Under the pieces are notes generated by a model. The model was not told the origin of the DNA. It did no database searches and saw only the letters and a list, made by a program, of their open reading frames with translations. DNA of 64,000 nucleotides from a virus. Shown here in pieces: positions 46,920 to 56,012 of this stretch. The stretch is from positions 1 to 64,000 of IMG/VR virus record IMGVR_UViG_3300043251_000023; one strand, 5' to 3'. Made by a program: the position numbers and the translations under genes. Position 1 is the stretch's first letter; every line of letters starts with the position of its first letter.

Positions 46920-47857
46920 GTTCGCCTCTGATGTTCGGTCATCCCTGTGGCTGCGCTGAGAAGATCAAGAAGTTGGCGCATAGTAGCATCGACGTTTTGC
47001 CCGCGGCATTTGAACATAAACGTTAATTCACTGCGTCCTCGATCTACATCTAAACAGGCATCAAGCATCAATAGAGCGGCGTTCCCCATCGACTTCTGAA
47101 AATCGCGCCTCCGCATCATTGATGTGTATTGGCGTTCGGTAAGATCACCGCGTTTCTGATAGTGCAGACCACCGCGCGGTTCCGACCAATCAATGCTGAC
47201 GTTTGGCTGGATCGCCGCCGCCTCCATATCCCACTGCCAAGACCGGCCGGCGCGGAGTTGAAGCGCGGTGATCTTTTTTTCTGCATAAAGCTGCATGAGA
47301 ATGTCGCGTTCGGATGGCGCGACAAGCTTACCGCCATCTTCGGATTGATAATGCTCTACATTGAATTGCTGCCGCTCTGCCACATCAGCCATTGGGAAAG
47401 GCTGGTCTGCAAAGTCAGGTTTGTTGTCCCTCGGACGGTTTGCTAGATATTGCGCAACACTCTCAGCCAACGCCGACTCCATCGGGGTCCGTGGCGACTG
47501 CGGCTTCTGTGTGCGCTTCTGCCTCTTCCACCATCCGGGATGATCGGCCATGAACTGCTCCCATTGGGCGGGGAGCATGTCGCCCTTCAGATTATTGCAC
47601 TCTCTGCAGCACGGCACTAGCTGCGTGCCGCCAGCGGACGCGGGTACATAATGATCGCGCGTCGCGGCGACGCGCGAATGCGACGAAGTCCTCTCCATGA
47701 GTCGTTTGCAATAAGTGCACGGAAGCCCCTCGCCTTTGCGACCGCGAAGATTGAGCGGCGGCTCAACAAAGAAAAATGTTTTTGCTCCGGTGTTGCGGTC
47801 GATCTCTTTATAAAGAGGCTTGCGACCGTGTCCGTGCCGCGACGTTCTAGTGCCCAT
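46712..47857 (-). CDS. HNH-domain protein with an unknown C-terminal domain
   Basis: CTYC...TRDHYVP.S.GG...CCRECNNLKGD; the last ~70 codons overlap the next ORF. Confidence 0.7.
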   Translation of the reverse strand: MGTRTSRHGHGRKPLYKEIDRNTGAKTFFFVEPPLNLRGRKGEGLPCTYCKRLMERTSSHSRVAATRDHYVPASAGGTQLVPCCRECNNLKGDMLPAQWEQFMADHPGWWKRQKRTQKPQSPRTPMESALAESVAQYLANRPRDNKPDFADQPFPMADVAERQQFNVEHYQSEDGGKLVAPSERDILMQLYAEKKITALQLRAGRSWQWDMEAAAIQPNVSIDWSEPRGGLHYQKRGDLTERQYTSMMRRRDFQKSMGNAALLMLDACLDVDRGRSELTFMFKCRGQNVDATMRQLLDLLSAATGMTEHQRRTWVWRMSAARDAGVPRSIGSGAISADAHRANTITEQRGRYPVAIERKRPVGTIGSSNFTEADSTPTRSH

Positions 47858-47953
47858 AGAGAATCCTCACCATCGCCAGTTCCAAGAAACTCGCCGCCAT
47901 CGATGGCCGGCGATAACAAAGCGCCGCAAGCAGGAAACAGCAGGCGGTAGCCA

Positions 47954-48985
47954 TCAGACACTCTCTGTCCAAGGACGATCTTCCGTGCCGAGCATCGGCT
48001 GATCAAAAGATATGCGAGGCCCGGCGCCATCGTATTTTAGGGGCAGCGTTTTGAAATGCTTGGTGATGTACCTCCCAACAGCATCGTTTAGGTCGCCGAC
48101 TGCAATATCGCCGGACAGCAGACCCACAATCATGTCCTGACAGACATCCGCGCGGATGTGCTCGGGCCAGCTATCAGGAACGGCACCATTGACCAGCAGC
48201 ACGAGATCGCGAGCACCGTCCGGCTTTTCGGGATCGTGCGCCATGAACGGATAAAATAATTGCTTGCTGCGAGCGATACCGCGTTCACGGTCGCGATAGT
48301 CTTGGCCCGCATTTTCGTGAGTCGATATGCGCCATTCGGCGCAGTCAATGCGGTCGCTAAATCGGTCAACGCGCTGCAACTCCCAACAATGTTGGCCACC
48401 GACCATCTTCACATATTCGGTTAGTCCCTCGATATTTTTGGTGACCGACGGATTGTCGTACAGGCGCCACAGAAAACTCCAAAGATGAGGCTTACTCGGC
48501 GGTCTCAGCGGCCCGCAGAGCTGCGAAAAGGCGGCGTTATTTACGAGCTTGAGACCATCGCTCATAGTCTCCGCTTCCGCCGCCATCATCAGTAATATAA
48601 AATTCCACATGCGATGAGCGCGCCCGCGGTTCATGGCGCCGCGATAAAGCAACAGCGGCGCAAATGTTTTTTCGATGCCCGGTCGGATGATCAGGTCCGA
48701 CAGATAGTTCATTCCGGGATTTGTTGCCGTTCCCGTAGAATACCAATGGTAAGGGCCCTTGCTCGAATTGAGCGCGCGAATCTGCTCCGGGCTCCGCTCG
48801 ATGCGCGGCTTGCTTTGACCCCCAGGGACTCCGAAGTGAAGTCGAAACCAGCCGCGCGTTCCGGTTTGGCGACCAATGCGATTGTGGATAGCCTCAACGC
48901 GCCCGCTTTCCGTTAGCGGGCCTGGCGCGATCCAGATGCCGCGAGCAATCTCGCGTTCCTGTGGCGTTATTTCTATGCTCGGCAT
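47954..48985 (-). CDS. hypothetical protein, sigma-region-2-like C-terminus
   Basis: 343 aa with GGGAG RBS; RADVCQDMIVGLL...ISFDQPM. Confidence 0.55.
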   Translation of the reverse strand: MPSIEITPQEREIARGIWIAPGPLTESGRVEAIHNRIGRQTGTRGWFRLHFGVPGGQSKPRIERSPEQIRALNSSKGPYHWYSTGTATNPGMNYLSDLIIRPGIEKTFAPLLLYRGAMNRGRAHRMWNFILLMMAAEAETMSDGLKLVNNAAFSQLCGPLRPPSKPHLWSFLWRLYDNPSVTKNIEGLTEYVKMVGGQHCWELQRVDRFSDRIDCAEWRISTHENAGQDYRDRERGIARSKQLFYPFMAHDPEKPDGARDLVLLVNGAVPDSWPEHIRADVCQDMIVGLLSGDIAVGDLNDAVGRYITKHFKTLPLKYDGAGPRISFDQPMLGTEDRPWTESV

Positions 48986-48998
48986 GGTCTTAAGTCTC

Positions 48999-49153
48999 CC
49001 TTGCGCTCCGGCCGATCAAGCCTGGAACGCGGTTCAAGGGTCACATCGCTGCGACACCGGGCGCAAGGAAGCAGGGGAAGTGGTGCCGCGTTCTGGGTCG
49101 CGTTGATCGCCGCGATGTCAGTTATGGTATAGAAGGACAGAATAGAAGTCCAG
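48999..49153 (-). promoter_or_regulatory. promoter and structured leader of the minus-strand insert
   Basis: minus-strand TGGACT-N17-TACCAT; two crossing helices, one reaching the RBS. Confidence 0.55.
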
Positions 49154-49163
49154 CGGGGCTGAT

Positions 49164-50192
49164 TTGCGCTACTACAGGATCGTCATTACTTCGGCCTCGG
49201 GAGACGTAATTTCCCCACCCGGATTCGCCGGTCTTCTGGGCGGGGCGACCTACACGAGTTTCGTAAATAATCAAACACTTCCAGAGGCTTGGGACATTGA
49301 ATTAGATATTCCCGTCATCGACGCGGCGACCAGTCAAGGCTTCGCGAACGCGCGCGTTTGGGGGATTTCCAATCAAGAAATCGGGCAGGCGAACAACCTC
49401 AACGGCAAGAACATCGCGATCTATGGCGGGATGCAAAAGGGGCTTCCGCTTGCGAACCCGGCGCAGTCCGGCCTGCTCGTCCAGGGGAACATCTTCCAGT
49501 GCTTCGGCAACAACATCGGGGTCGACCGGACGCTCGACTTCGTCATCCAGCCCGGAACGGCGACCGCGAGTGCGCCCGGCGGGACGGGATCGCTGAAGAC
49601 GCCGAAGAACATCGTCCTCCTTTGGAAGGCCGGGCAGACGCTCGCGACCGCGCTCGCCACGGCCTTATCGACGGCCTTCCCGGGCGTGCAGCAGCAAATC
49701 TCGATTTCCGCGAACCTCGTGCGCCAGGCCGACGACGTTCACGTCGTGCCGACGCTCGAACTTTTGGCGCAATACTGCCGACAGGCCAGTTTTGACATCG
49801 TCAAGACGTCCGGCTACGCGGGCGTCAGCATCACCTATTCCGGGAACACGATCTCGGTCTCGGACGGCACGTCGGGGACCGCGGTGGCGGGGACGACGCA
49901 GATCGCGTTTCAAGACCTCATCGGACAACCGACCTGGATCGAGGCGCCGAACATCCAACTTAAAACGGTGATGCGCGCCGATCTCGCGGTGGGGAACCAG
50001 ATCATGCTGCCGCCGACGCAGATTATCAACACGCAGCAGGCTAGTTCGGCGCTCGTGAACCAGCAGGTTTCCTTCCAGGGCGGCTTCAGCATCGTCAGCC
50101 TTCGGCACGTCGGCCACTTCCGGCAACCGTCCGCTGATGCGTGGGTGACCGTCATTGAAGCGGCGCCGAATCAGGTCGCGGCGGCCGCATGA
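49164..50192 (+). CDS. baseplate hub protein
   Basis: MRYYRIVI start; DLIGQPTWI; HVGHFR...W.T. Confidence 0.7.
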   Translation: MRYYRIVITSASGDVISPPGFAGLLGGATYTSFVNNQTLPEAWDIELDIPVIDAATSQGFANARVWGISNQEIGQANNLNGKNIAIYGGMQKGLPLANPAQSGLLVQGNIFQCFGNNIGVDRTLDFVIQPGTATASAPGGTGSLKTPKNIVLLWKAGQTLATALATALSTAFPGVQQQISISANLVRQADDVHVVPTLELLAQYCRQASFDIVKTSGYAGVSITYSGNTISVSDGTSGTAVAGTTQIAFQDLIGQPTWIEAPNIQLKTVMRADLAVGNQIMLPPTQIINTQQASSALVNQQVSFQGGFSIVSLRHVGHFRQPSADAWVTVIEAAPNQVAAAA

Positions 50193-50761
50193 GCAGTTCG
50201 CAGAAAGTCCCTGTCGCGCGGTCGCTCGAACTCTTCGCGAACCGCAAGGTCCGCGGCGCGCTGGCAACCTTGGGCCAATCGCTCCCGGCGACGGTGGTGT
50301 CGATTACCGGGGGGATCGTCACGGTCAAGTTCGCGCTGACGTCGCCTTACACGCTACCGAACGTGACGGTCCCGATTGTTGGGTCGGAGTACGTCCGCCT
50401 CCCGATCCAGGCAGGGTGCCCCGGCTTCGTCATGTCGGCCGACGCTTATCTCGGCGGCATGTCCGGCCTCGGGGGAGGAACCGCGGACCTTTCCCCGCGC
50501 GGCAACCTCTCGATGCTGGTCTGGACGCCGATCGGCAACAAGGCGTGGCAGGCGGTGATCGACGCCAACGCGATCGAGCTTTACGGACCGGACGGCGGCA
50601 TCATCCGAACCGCGGACAAGACGAGCATCGTGAGAGTTTCGTCCGCCGGCACTACGGTGACGCTCCCCGTCGGCGGCAATTTCGTGGTAAGCACGTTGCC
50701 GGTTGCCCCGGGACCGCCGGGGACGCTTTGGAACGATGGTGGCCAAGTGATGGTATCGTGA
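50189..50761 (+). CDS. baseplate spike (gpV/Gp138-like)
   Basis: LPATVV...LPNVTVP...RLPIQ.G. Confidence 0.7.
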   Translation: MSSSQKVPVARSLELFANRKVRGALATLGQSLPATVVSITGGIVTVKFALTSPYTLPNVTVPIVGSEYVRLPIQAGCPGFVMSADAYLGGMSGLGGGTADLSPRGNLSMLVWTPIGNKAWQAVIDANAIELYGPDGGIIRTADKTSIVRVSSAGTTVTLPVGGNFVVSTLPVAPGPPGTLWNDGGQVMVS

Positions 50762-50762
50762 A

Positions 50763-51110
50763 ATGCGAACTTTTGGCCGCGTGGTCAATCCAGACGGAAG
50801 CAAGTCGTGGGTGGAAGTCACCACCGATGCTAACGGTTTTGATGACGCCGTGTGGATCACCACGCTTTGCCAAAACTTCCTATTGAATCTCAACGAGTCT
50901 CCGTTCGACGCCAACTGGGGATTGCCAGCGCAGCAATCCGTCCTTCAGCAGGTCCAGCCTGACTATTACGTCGCGCAGATTCAGCGGCAGTTTGCGCAAT
51001 ACTTCGCGAGCCTGATCATCTCCAAGGTGCCCGATGTGACAACGCCGACCTATAACGTGGCAGTGACCACAAATCAGGGCTCAAAAATTATCGTCCAGGT
51101 GCCGACATGA
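50763..51110 (+). CDS. baseplate wedge/sheath initiator (gp25-like)
   Basis: LNLNESPF..WG.P; directly precedes baseplate J. Confidence 0.65.
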   Translation: MRTFGRVVNPDGSKSWVEVTTDANGFDDAVWITTLCQNFLLNLNESPFDANWGLPAQQSVLQQVQPDYYVAQIQRQFAQYFASLIISKVPDVTTPTYNVAVTTNQGSKIIVQVPT

Positions 51111-52561
51111 GCAACACGGACTTCGAGTTTCCGGTCGTCATCACGTCGGCTGGGGTCCAACCGACGCCGCCAGCGACAATTCTCGCCGAACTTATCGCAA
51201 ACGTCAGCGCAACGAATCCTGGATATACGGCAGTTTTGCCCGGATCATTGATTCGCGATGTGTCGACTACGGAGGTCGGCGGCATCGCCCTGATCGACGC
51301 GGCGCGGGTCGAGACGCTGAACTCGATCTCACCCTACGCGGCGAACGACTTCCTGCTCTTGGAGCTCGGGCAAATCTATATCGGGCCGGGGGCGGCTCCG
51401 GGCGTCCCCACGAACACGTCGGTCTCGGTCGTCTTCACCGCCATAGACCCAAATACCAGCGCGCCGCTCGGCGGCCAAGTGATCGCGGTCGGTTTCACGG
51501 TTTCCGACGGGACCTACCAGTACATCGTCCAGGACGGCGGGGTCACGTCCTCGAACGGTCAAAGCCTGCCGCTGTTCTGCATCGCGACGGTCTCCGGTTC
51601 GTGGGCGGTCCCGTCGGGAAGCGTGACGCAACTCGTCACGGCAGAACCGCCGGACGTCAACCTGACGTGCTCCAACCCGCAGCCGGGCTTCGCCGGTCTC
51701 GCCGCGGAGACGACGGAGCAATTCCGCGCGCGCGTCCTGATGGCGGGCCAAGCGATCGGGACCGGGACCGAATCGCTCCTCAAGACGCAGTTGTTCCAGG
51801 TTTCCGGCGTCCAGCAGCGGCTCGTCTCCGTGCGCCAGCAGGGGGCGGCTTGGGAGGTGATCGTCGGCGGCGGCGACCCGTATCAGGTTGCCGGGGCTAT
51901 CTACGCCTCGGGGGTAAACATCGCCGGGCTGGTCGGATCGACGCTTTCGGTGACGAACATCACCAATGCGAACCCCGGGGTGGTGACGACGAACCTCAAC
52001 CATGGCTTCGCGACCGGGCAAGTCATAACGATGGCCGGCATCGTCGGGATGACGCCGCTCAACGGGATACCGCTCACGATCACGGTTCTGACGGAGAAGA
52101 CCTTCAGCATCGGCGTCGACACGACGGGTTATCCGCTCTACGTCAGCGGCGGCGTGGTTTCCCCGAACCTGCGCAATGCCACGCCGAACATCCGGGACGC
52201 GCCGGACCTTTACACGGTCCCCTTCGTCATCCCGCCGCAGCAGACGGTGACGATCGCGGTGACCTGGAACACGACGCTGCCGAACTTCGTCTCGCAGGCG
52301 GCGGTCGCGCAACTCGCCGCCACGGCAATCGCGGCCTACATCAATGGGATCGAGGTAGGGGCCCCGATCAGCCTGCTCGAGCTTGGGACGACGTTCGCCG
52401 CCGCGGTGATTTCCGTCATCGACCCGTCGACGATCTCGGTCCTGACGTTCGTCGTTTCGATCAACGGGGTCTCGACGGCGCCGACCGGACAGTTAGTCCA
52501 GGGCGATCCGGAGAGCTATATGTTTTCAACGGTCGCCGGCATCGCCGTAACGCAGGTCTAG
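51107..52561 (+). CDS. baseplate J-like protein
   Basis: G...ETTEQFRARV, WEVIV.GGD...VA.AI; contains an FCCH-like insert (ITNANPGVVT...HGF.TG). Confidence 0.85.
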   Translation: MSNTDFEFPVVITSAGVQPTPPATILAELIANVSATNPGYTAVLPGSLIRDVSTTEVGGIALIDAARVETLNSISPYAANDFLLLELGQIYIGPGAAPGVPTNTSVSVVFTAIDPNTSAPLGGQVIAVGFTVSDGTYQYIVQDGGVTSSNGQSLPLFCIATVSGSWAVPSGSVTQLVTAEPPDVNLTCSNPQPGFAGLAAETTEQFRARVLMAGQAIGTGTESLLKTQLFQVSGVQQRLVSVRQQGAAWEVIVGGGDPYQVAGAIYASGVNIAGLVGSTLSVTNITNANPGVVTTNLNHGFATGQVITMAGIVGMTPLNGIPLTITVLTEKTFSIGVDTTGYPLYVSGGVVSPNLRNATPNIRDAPDLYTVPFVIPPQQTVTIAVTWNTTLPNFVSQAAVAQLAATAIAAYINGIEVGAPISLLELGTTFAAAVISVIDPSTISVLTFVVSINGVSTAPTGQLVQGDPESYMFSTVAGIAVTQV

Positions 52562-52562
52562 C

Positions 52563-53636
52563 ATGGCGAGCCCGGTCTCCCTTTACGCGCCAGCGGCGAC
52601 CGTCGTCACGGTGGGCGGCCAGCCGATCACGGCGGCCTATGGGCCTTTGCTCGGCGGCTTCATCCAGAATCCGTATAGCAACATCGACCAGGGGACGATC
52701 TTCGCGGAGCCGCTGTTCGTCAGCATCGATGGCCCTGCGGCGCTCTCCGACACCGGAACGACGACACGCCTCGAGGCCGGGGGCATTTTTCAGATCCCGC
52801 CGGGGCTAACCGGGAACGTCAGCGTCAACGCGGAAACCTCCGGGCACAAGTTCTCTGGGGTGGTCTTCCAATCTTCGACCCCGTTCCCGCCGACGCCGCA
52901 ACCCGGCACTTTCCCGCCGTCCGAGCCGACGGTGGTGACGACCGTCATCCCGTCCTACCTCTACCAGCAATACCAGGACGACGACGATCTCCAGGCTTTC
53001 GTCGAGGCTTACAACGCCCTGGCACAGGGTTACGTCGACTGGTTCGTGAACACGCCGCTTCCGGTCTACACGAACGCCCTGATCGCCGGGCCGCTTCTGG
53101 ATTGGGTTGCCGGCGGCGTCTACGGCATGATTCGGCCAGCGCTTTCCTCCGGGCGCAACCGGGACATCGGCCCAGTGAACACCTACGGGCCGAACACGCT
53201 GGAGCCCAACCGGCGGAAGGAAATCGGCCCACGGAACGTCGTCGCGACCTCCGACGATGTTTTCAAGCGGATAATGACGTGGAATTTTTACAAGGGGGAC
53301 GGCAACGTCTTCGACATCCGGTGGCTGAAGCGGCGGATCAAGAGGTTCCTGATCGGCCCCAACGGAACGGCGCCGAACGTCGATGAGACCTACGAAATTA
53401 GCGTGACCTACGGCAACGGAGTCATCGCGATTCGCATCAGCGTCGGAACGCGGACGGTCACCGGCGGCGCGCTGCCAAATCGTTTCGGCTGCAATAGGCT
53501 GACGCCGAACGCGCTGAAAACCTTGTTCGTCCCGTCGCCGACGGTTCCTTTTCCGCTCGCGCCGGTACTGCAACAAGCACTACAGTCAGGCGTGCTACAA
53601 ACTCCATTCCAATATGCTATAACGATTGCGGTCTAG
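52563..53636 (+). CDS. baseplate wedge protein (DUF2612-like) with an extra N-terminal domain
   Basis: YLYQQY.D, LLDWVA..VYG..R, DDVFKRI. Confidence 0.7.
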   Translation: MASPVSLYAPAATVVTVGGQPITAAYGPLLGGFIQNPYSNIDQGTIFAEPLFVSIDGPAALSDTGTTTRLEAGGIFQIPPGLTGNVSVNAETSGHKFSGVVFQSSTPFPPTPQPGTFPPSEPTVVTTVIPSYLYQQYQDDDDLQAFVEAYNALAQGYVDWFVNTPLPVYTNALIAGPLLDWVAGGVYGMIRPALSSGRNRDIGPVNTYGPNTLEPNRRKEIGPRNVVATSDDVFKRIMTWNFYKGDGNVFDIRWLKRRIKRFLIGPNGTAPNVDETYEISVTYGNGVIAIRISVGTRTVTGGALPNRFGCNRLTPNALKTLFVPSPTVPFPLAPVLQQALQSGVLQTPFQYAITIAV

Positions 53637-53647
53637 GAGGGCAGGCA

Positions 53648-54280
53648 GTGTCCATATTTTTGATGGCGAATAATGCGTCGAGCACGCTCGCCGCGCCCAT
53701 ATCGAACTCCGCGACGACGGTCTCGCTCGCGGTCGGAACGGGAGCGCTGTTTCCCAACCCTAGCGCCGGCCAGCAATTCCCCCTCACCTTCAACGATGCC
53801 GCGACCGGGCTTTTGACGGAGATCGTCTATTGCACCTCGAGGGCCGGGGACACGCTCACCATCGTCCGGGCGCAGGAAGGAACGACTGCGCAGGCGTGGC
53901 TGGCGGGAGACCTCGCGGCGAACCTCATCACGGCAGGATTGCTCGCGGCCTACCAGCAGAGCGCGGCGCTCAGCCCGGCGCGGACGGTCACGGCCTCCGG
54001 GGCCTTCGCGATGAGCACGGCCGATGCCGGCGGAGGCGTCGGTCTTGACAGGATTGTCGGCCCTGCGGTTTCCTCGACCACGCTCCCGGTCTCGACCGAT
54101 GGGCAAACCTACTGGATCGAGGACCTCGCCAGGAACTTCAACGCCTATCCGGTGACGGTGACATTTCCCGGGGGAACGACTGGACCGAACGGCGCCGCGA
54201 CGGTCACGCTCAATGTCAACGGTCAGTGCGCGCAGTTCCGCTTCTACGCCGACAGCAACATTTGGAGTTTCCGACCATGA
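53648..54280 (+). CDS. proximal tail fibre protein
   Basis: ANNASSTLA...EIVYCT.R.GDTLTIVRAQEGT. Confidence 0.7.
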   Translation: MSIFLMANNASSTLAAPISNSATTVSLAVGTGALFPNPSAGQQFPLTFNDAATGLLTEIVYCTSRAGDTLTIVRAQEGTTAQAWLAGDLAANLITAGLLAAYQQSAALSPARTVTASGAFAMSTADAGGGVGLDRIVGPAVSSTTLPVSTDGQTYWIEDLARNFNAYPVTVTFPGGTTGPNGAATVTLNVNGQCAQFRFYADSNIWSFRP

Positions 54281-55674
54281 CGAAGAGAATCGCCGCCTTT
54301 GCGGCCGGTCTTTTCCTTCTCCTCGCCTTCGCCTTCCCGGCGGCGGCGCAGTTCGACCAGGCGTCCTACGCCGGGACCGGAGCGGGCTCCGCGAACGCGC
54401 AGACCATCACCTTGCCGAACGCCACGCAATACAGCGATCTTCTCGGCGTTCTGATCAAGTACATTCCCGGCGTGACGAACACGGCCGCGGCCACGCTCGC
54501 CGTATCCGGTAACGGCGGTGCGCTGACCGGCGGTCCCATCTCTTTCCGCAAGCCGTCCATCGGCGGTCTGGTCGCCCTGACCGGCACCGAACTGATCGTC
54601 GGGCAACCCGTTTGGATCATGTACGACGGGACCTATTTCGACGTTCTGAGTGTGACCAGCAGCACGGTGACGGCCGCGAATCTCGCAAACTCGGCGCTCG
54701 GTTTTATGCCAGTCAATTCTCAGCTCAATGCTGCGGTGTCGGCTAACGCGCTGACGATCTCACTGTGTTCGGCCAACTCCGGCAGCAATACGTGCATCAA
54801 TCCAAGCGCGACGAGTCCGGTCCTGATCCCGTTCCGTGATTCCACGATTGCCTTTGGTGATCCGACTATCGTTCCGGTCACTGGCGCGCTCAGCTTCACC
54901 ATCGCGTCTGGGCAAACGATGGGCTGCGTCAATAACCAGATGTGCCGGCTCTGGATTCTCGCCTTCAACAATGCCGGGACGGTCCAGCTTTGCGCGTTCA
55001 ACGCGCTCAGCGGAACGTCGGTGGCGCCGATCAACGAGGGCGTCCTGCAGACGAGCCAGTCCGGCACTTCAGGCGGCTCGTCGGCGCAGCTTTATTACTG
55101 CAACGCCTCGGCGGTGACGAACAAGGCGGTCCGCATCCTCGGCTACGTCGAGATCAGCGAGTCCACGGCGGGGACTTGGGCGACCGGGCCGACCTACGTT
55201 CAGTTGTTCGGCCCGGGCGTGAAGAAGCCCGGTGACGTAGTCCAGCGCATTTTCTCGACTAATAGCACTTCGTATTCGTCGACGACGTCCTACGCGGCGG
55301 CGACGAATTTCAACCAAGCCATCACGCCGACGTCGGCGGCAAACCCTGTGTTTGTTCATGCAGAAGCCAATTACCAGACGACCGCGAACGACGGCAGCAA
55401 CGCTCAGATCGGCCGAACGAGTTGCTCGAATCTGGTGGGGAATAATGCGGTGCTCAGTGGAAGCACCGCCGTGATTGGCATGGCGCCAGTATCGGCCATC
55501 GACTCCCCAAACACCACCTCGTCCGTCACTTACGTTCTGTGCCTGAAATCGTCGGTTAATGGCGCGACCGCGTTCAACAATAATACCGGCAACATCAGTT
55601 CGATGTCGGTCGAGGAGATTATGGGCGCGCTAGAACCGGCGAACGACGACCAACCGCTCCGCATGGTGGGCTGA
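54277..55674 (+). CDS. tail fibre-like beta protein with a signal-peptide-like N-terminus
   Basis: MTKRIAAFAAGLFLLLAFAFPAAA-Q; Ser/Thr/Gly-rich. Confidence 0.6.
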   Translation: MTKRIAAFAAGLFLLLAFAFPAAAQFDQASYAGTGAGSANAQTITLPNATQYSDLLGVLIKYIPGVTNTAAATLAVSGNGGALTGGPISFRKPSIGGLVALTGTELIVGQPVWIMYDGTYFDVLSVTSSTVTAANLANSALGFMPVNSQLNAAVSANALTISLCSANSGSNTCINPSATSPVLIPFRDSTIAFGDPTIVPVTGALSFTIASGQTMGCVNNQMCRLWILAFNNAGTVQLCAFNALSGTSVAPINEGVLQTSQSGTSGGSSAQLYYCNASAVTNKAVRILGYVEISESTAGTWATGPTYVQLFGPGVKKPGDVVQRIFSTNSTSYSSTTSYAAATNFNQAITPTSAANPVFVHAEANYQTTANDGSNAQIGRTSCSNLVGNNAVLSGSTAVIGMAPVSAIDSPNTTSSVTYVLCLKSSVNGATAFNNNTGNISSMSVEEIMGALEPANDDQPLRMVG

Positions 55675-55675
55675 C

Positions 55676-56002
55676 ATGGCAGCGACTCCCGTCACGCCGC
55701 AACCGGCGCTCAACTCTCAGGTCGCCGTCGGCGGAACCGCGGTGAATGTCTTCGGGCCGGCGCCGAATGGCGGCTATCTCCAGAACCCGGCGTCGGCAAA
55801 CGATCAGGGCATCGGCGCTGCGGAAGACTTGATCGTCAATCCAGTCACCGCGGCAGTCGCGCCCGGCGTCGCCGGCGGCGTCAATGGAACGAACTTCCGC
55901 ATCCCCCCCGGCGGGGGATGGAATCTCATCGCTGGACAGACGACTCCTACTTCGATGAACGCGGCAACGTCGGGCCACAAGATAAGCGGCGTGTCTTATT
56001 GA
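55676..56002 (+). CDS. small virion protein, paralog of the N-terminus of 52563-53636
   Basis: VGG...GG..QNP...DQG...NA.TSGHK.SGV present in both. Confidence 0.6.
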   Translation: MAATPVTPQPALNSQVAVGGTAVNVFGPAPNGGYLQNPASANDQGIGAAEDLIVNPVTAAVAPGVAGGVNGTNFRIPPGGGWNLIAGQTTPTSMNAATSGHKISGVSY

Positions 56003-56012
56003 GGAACGAAAA

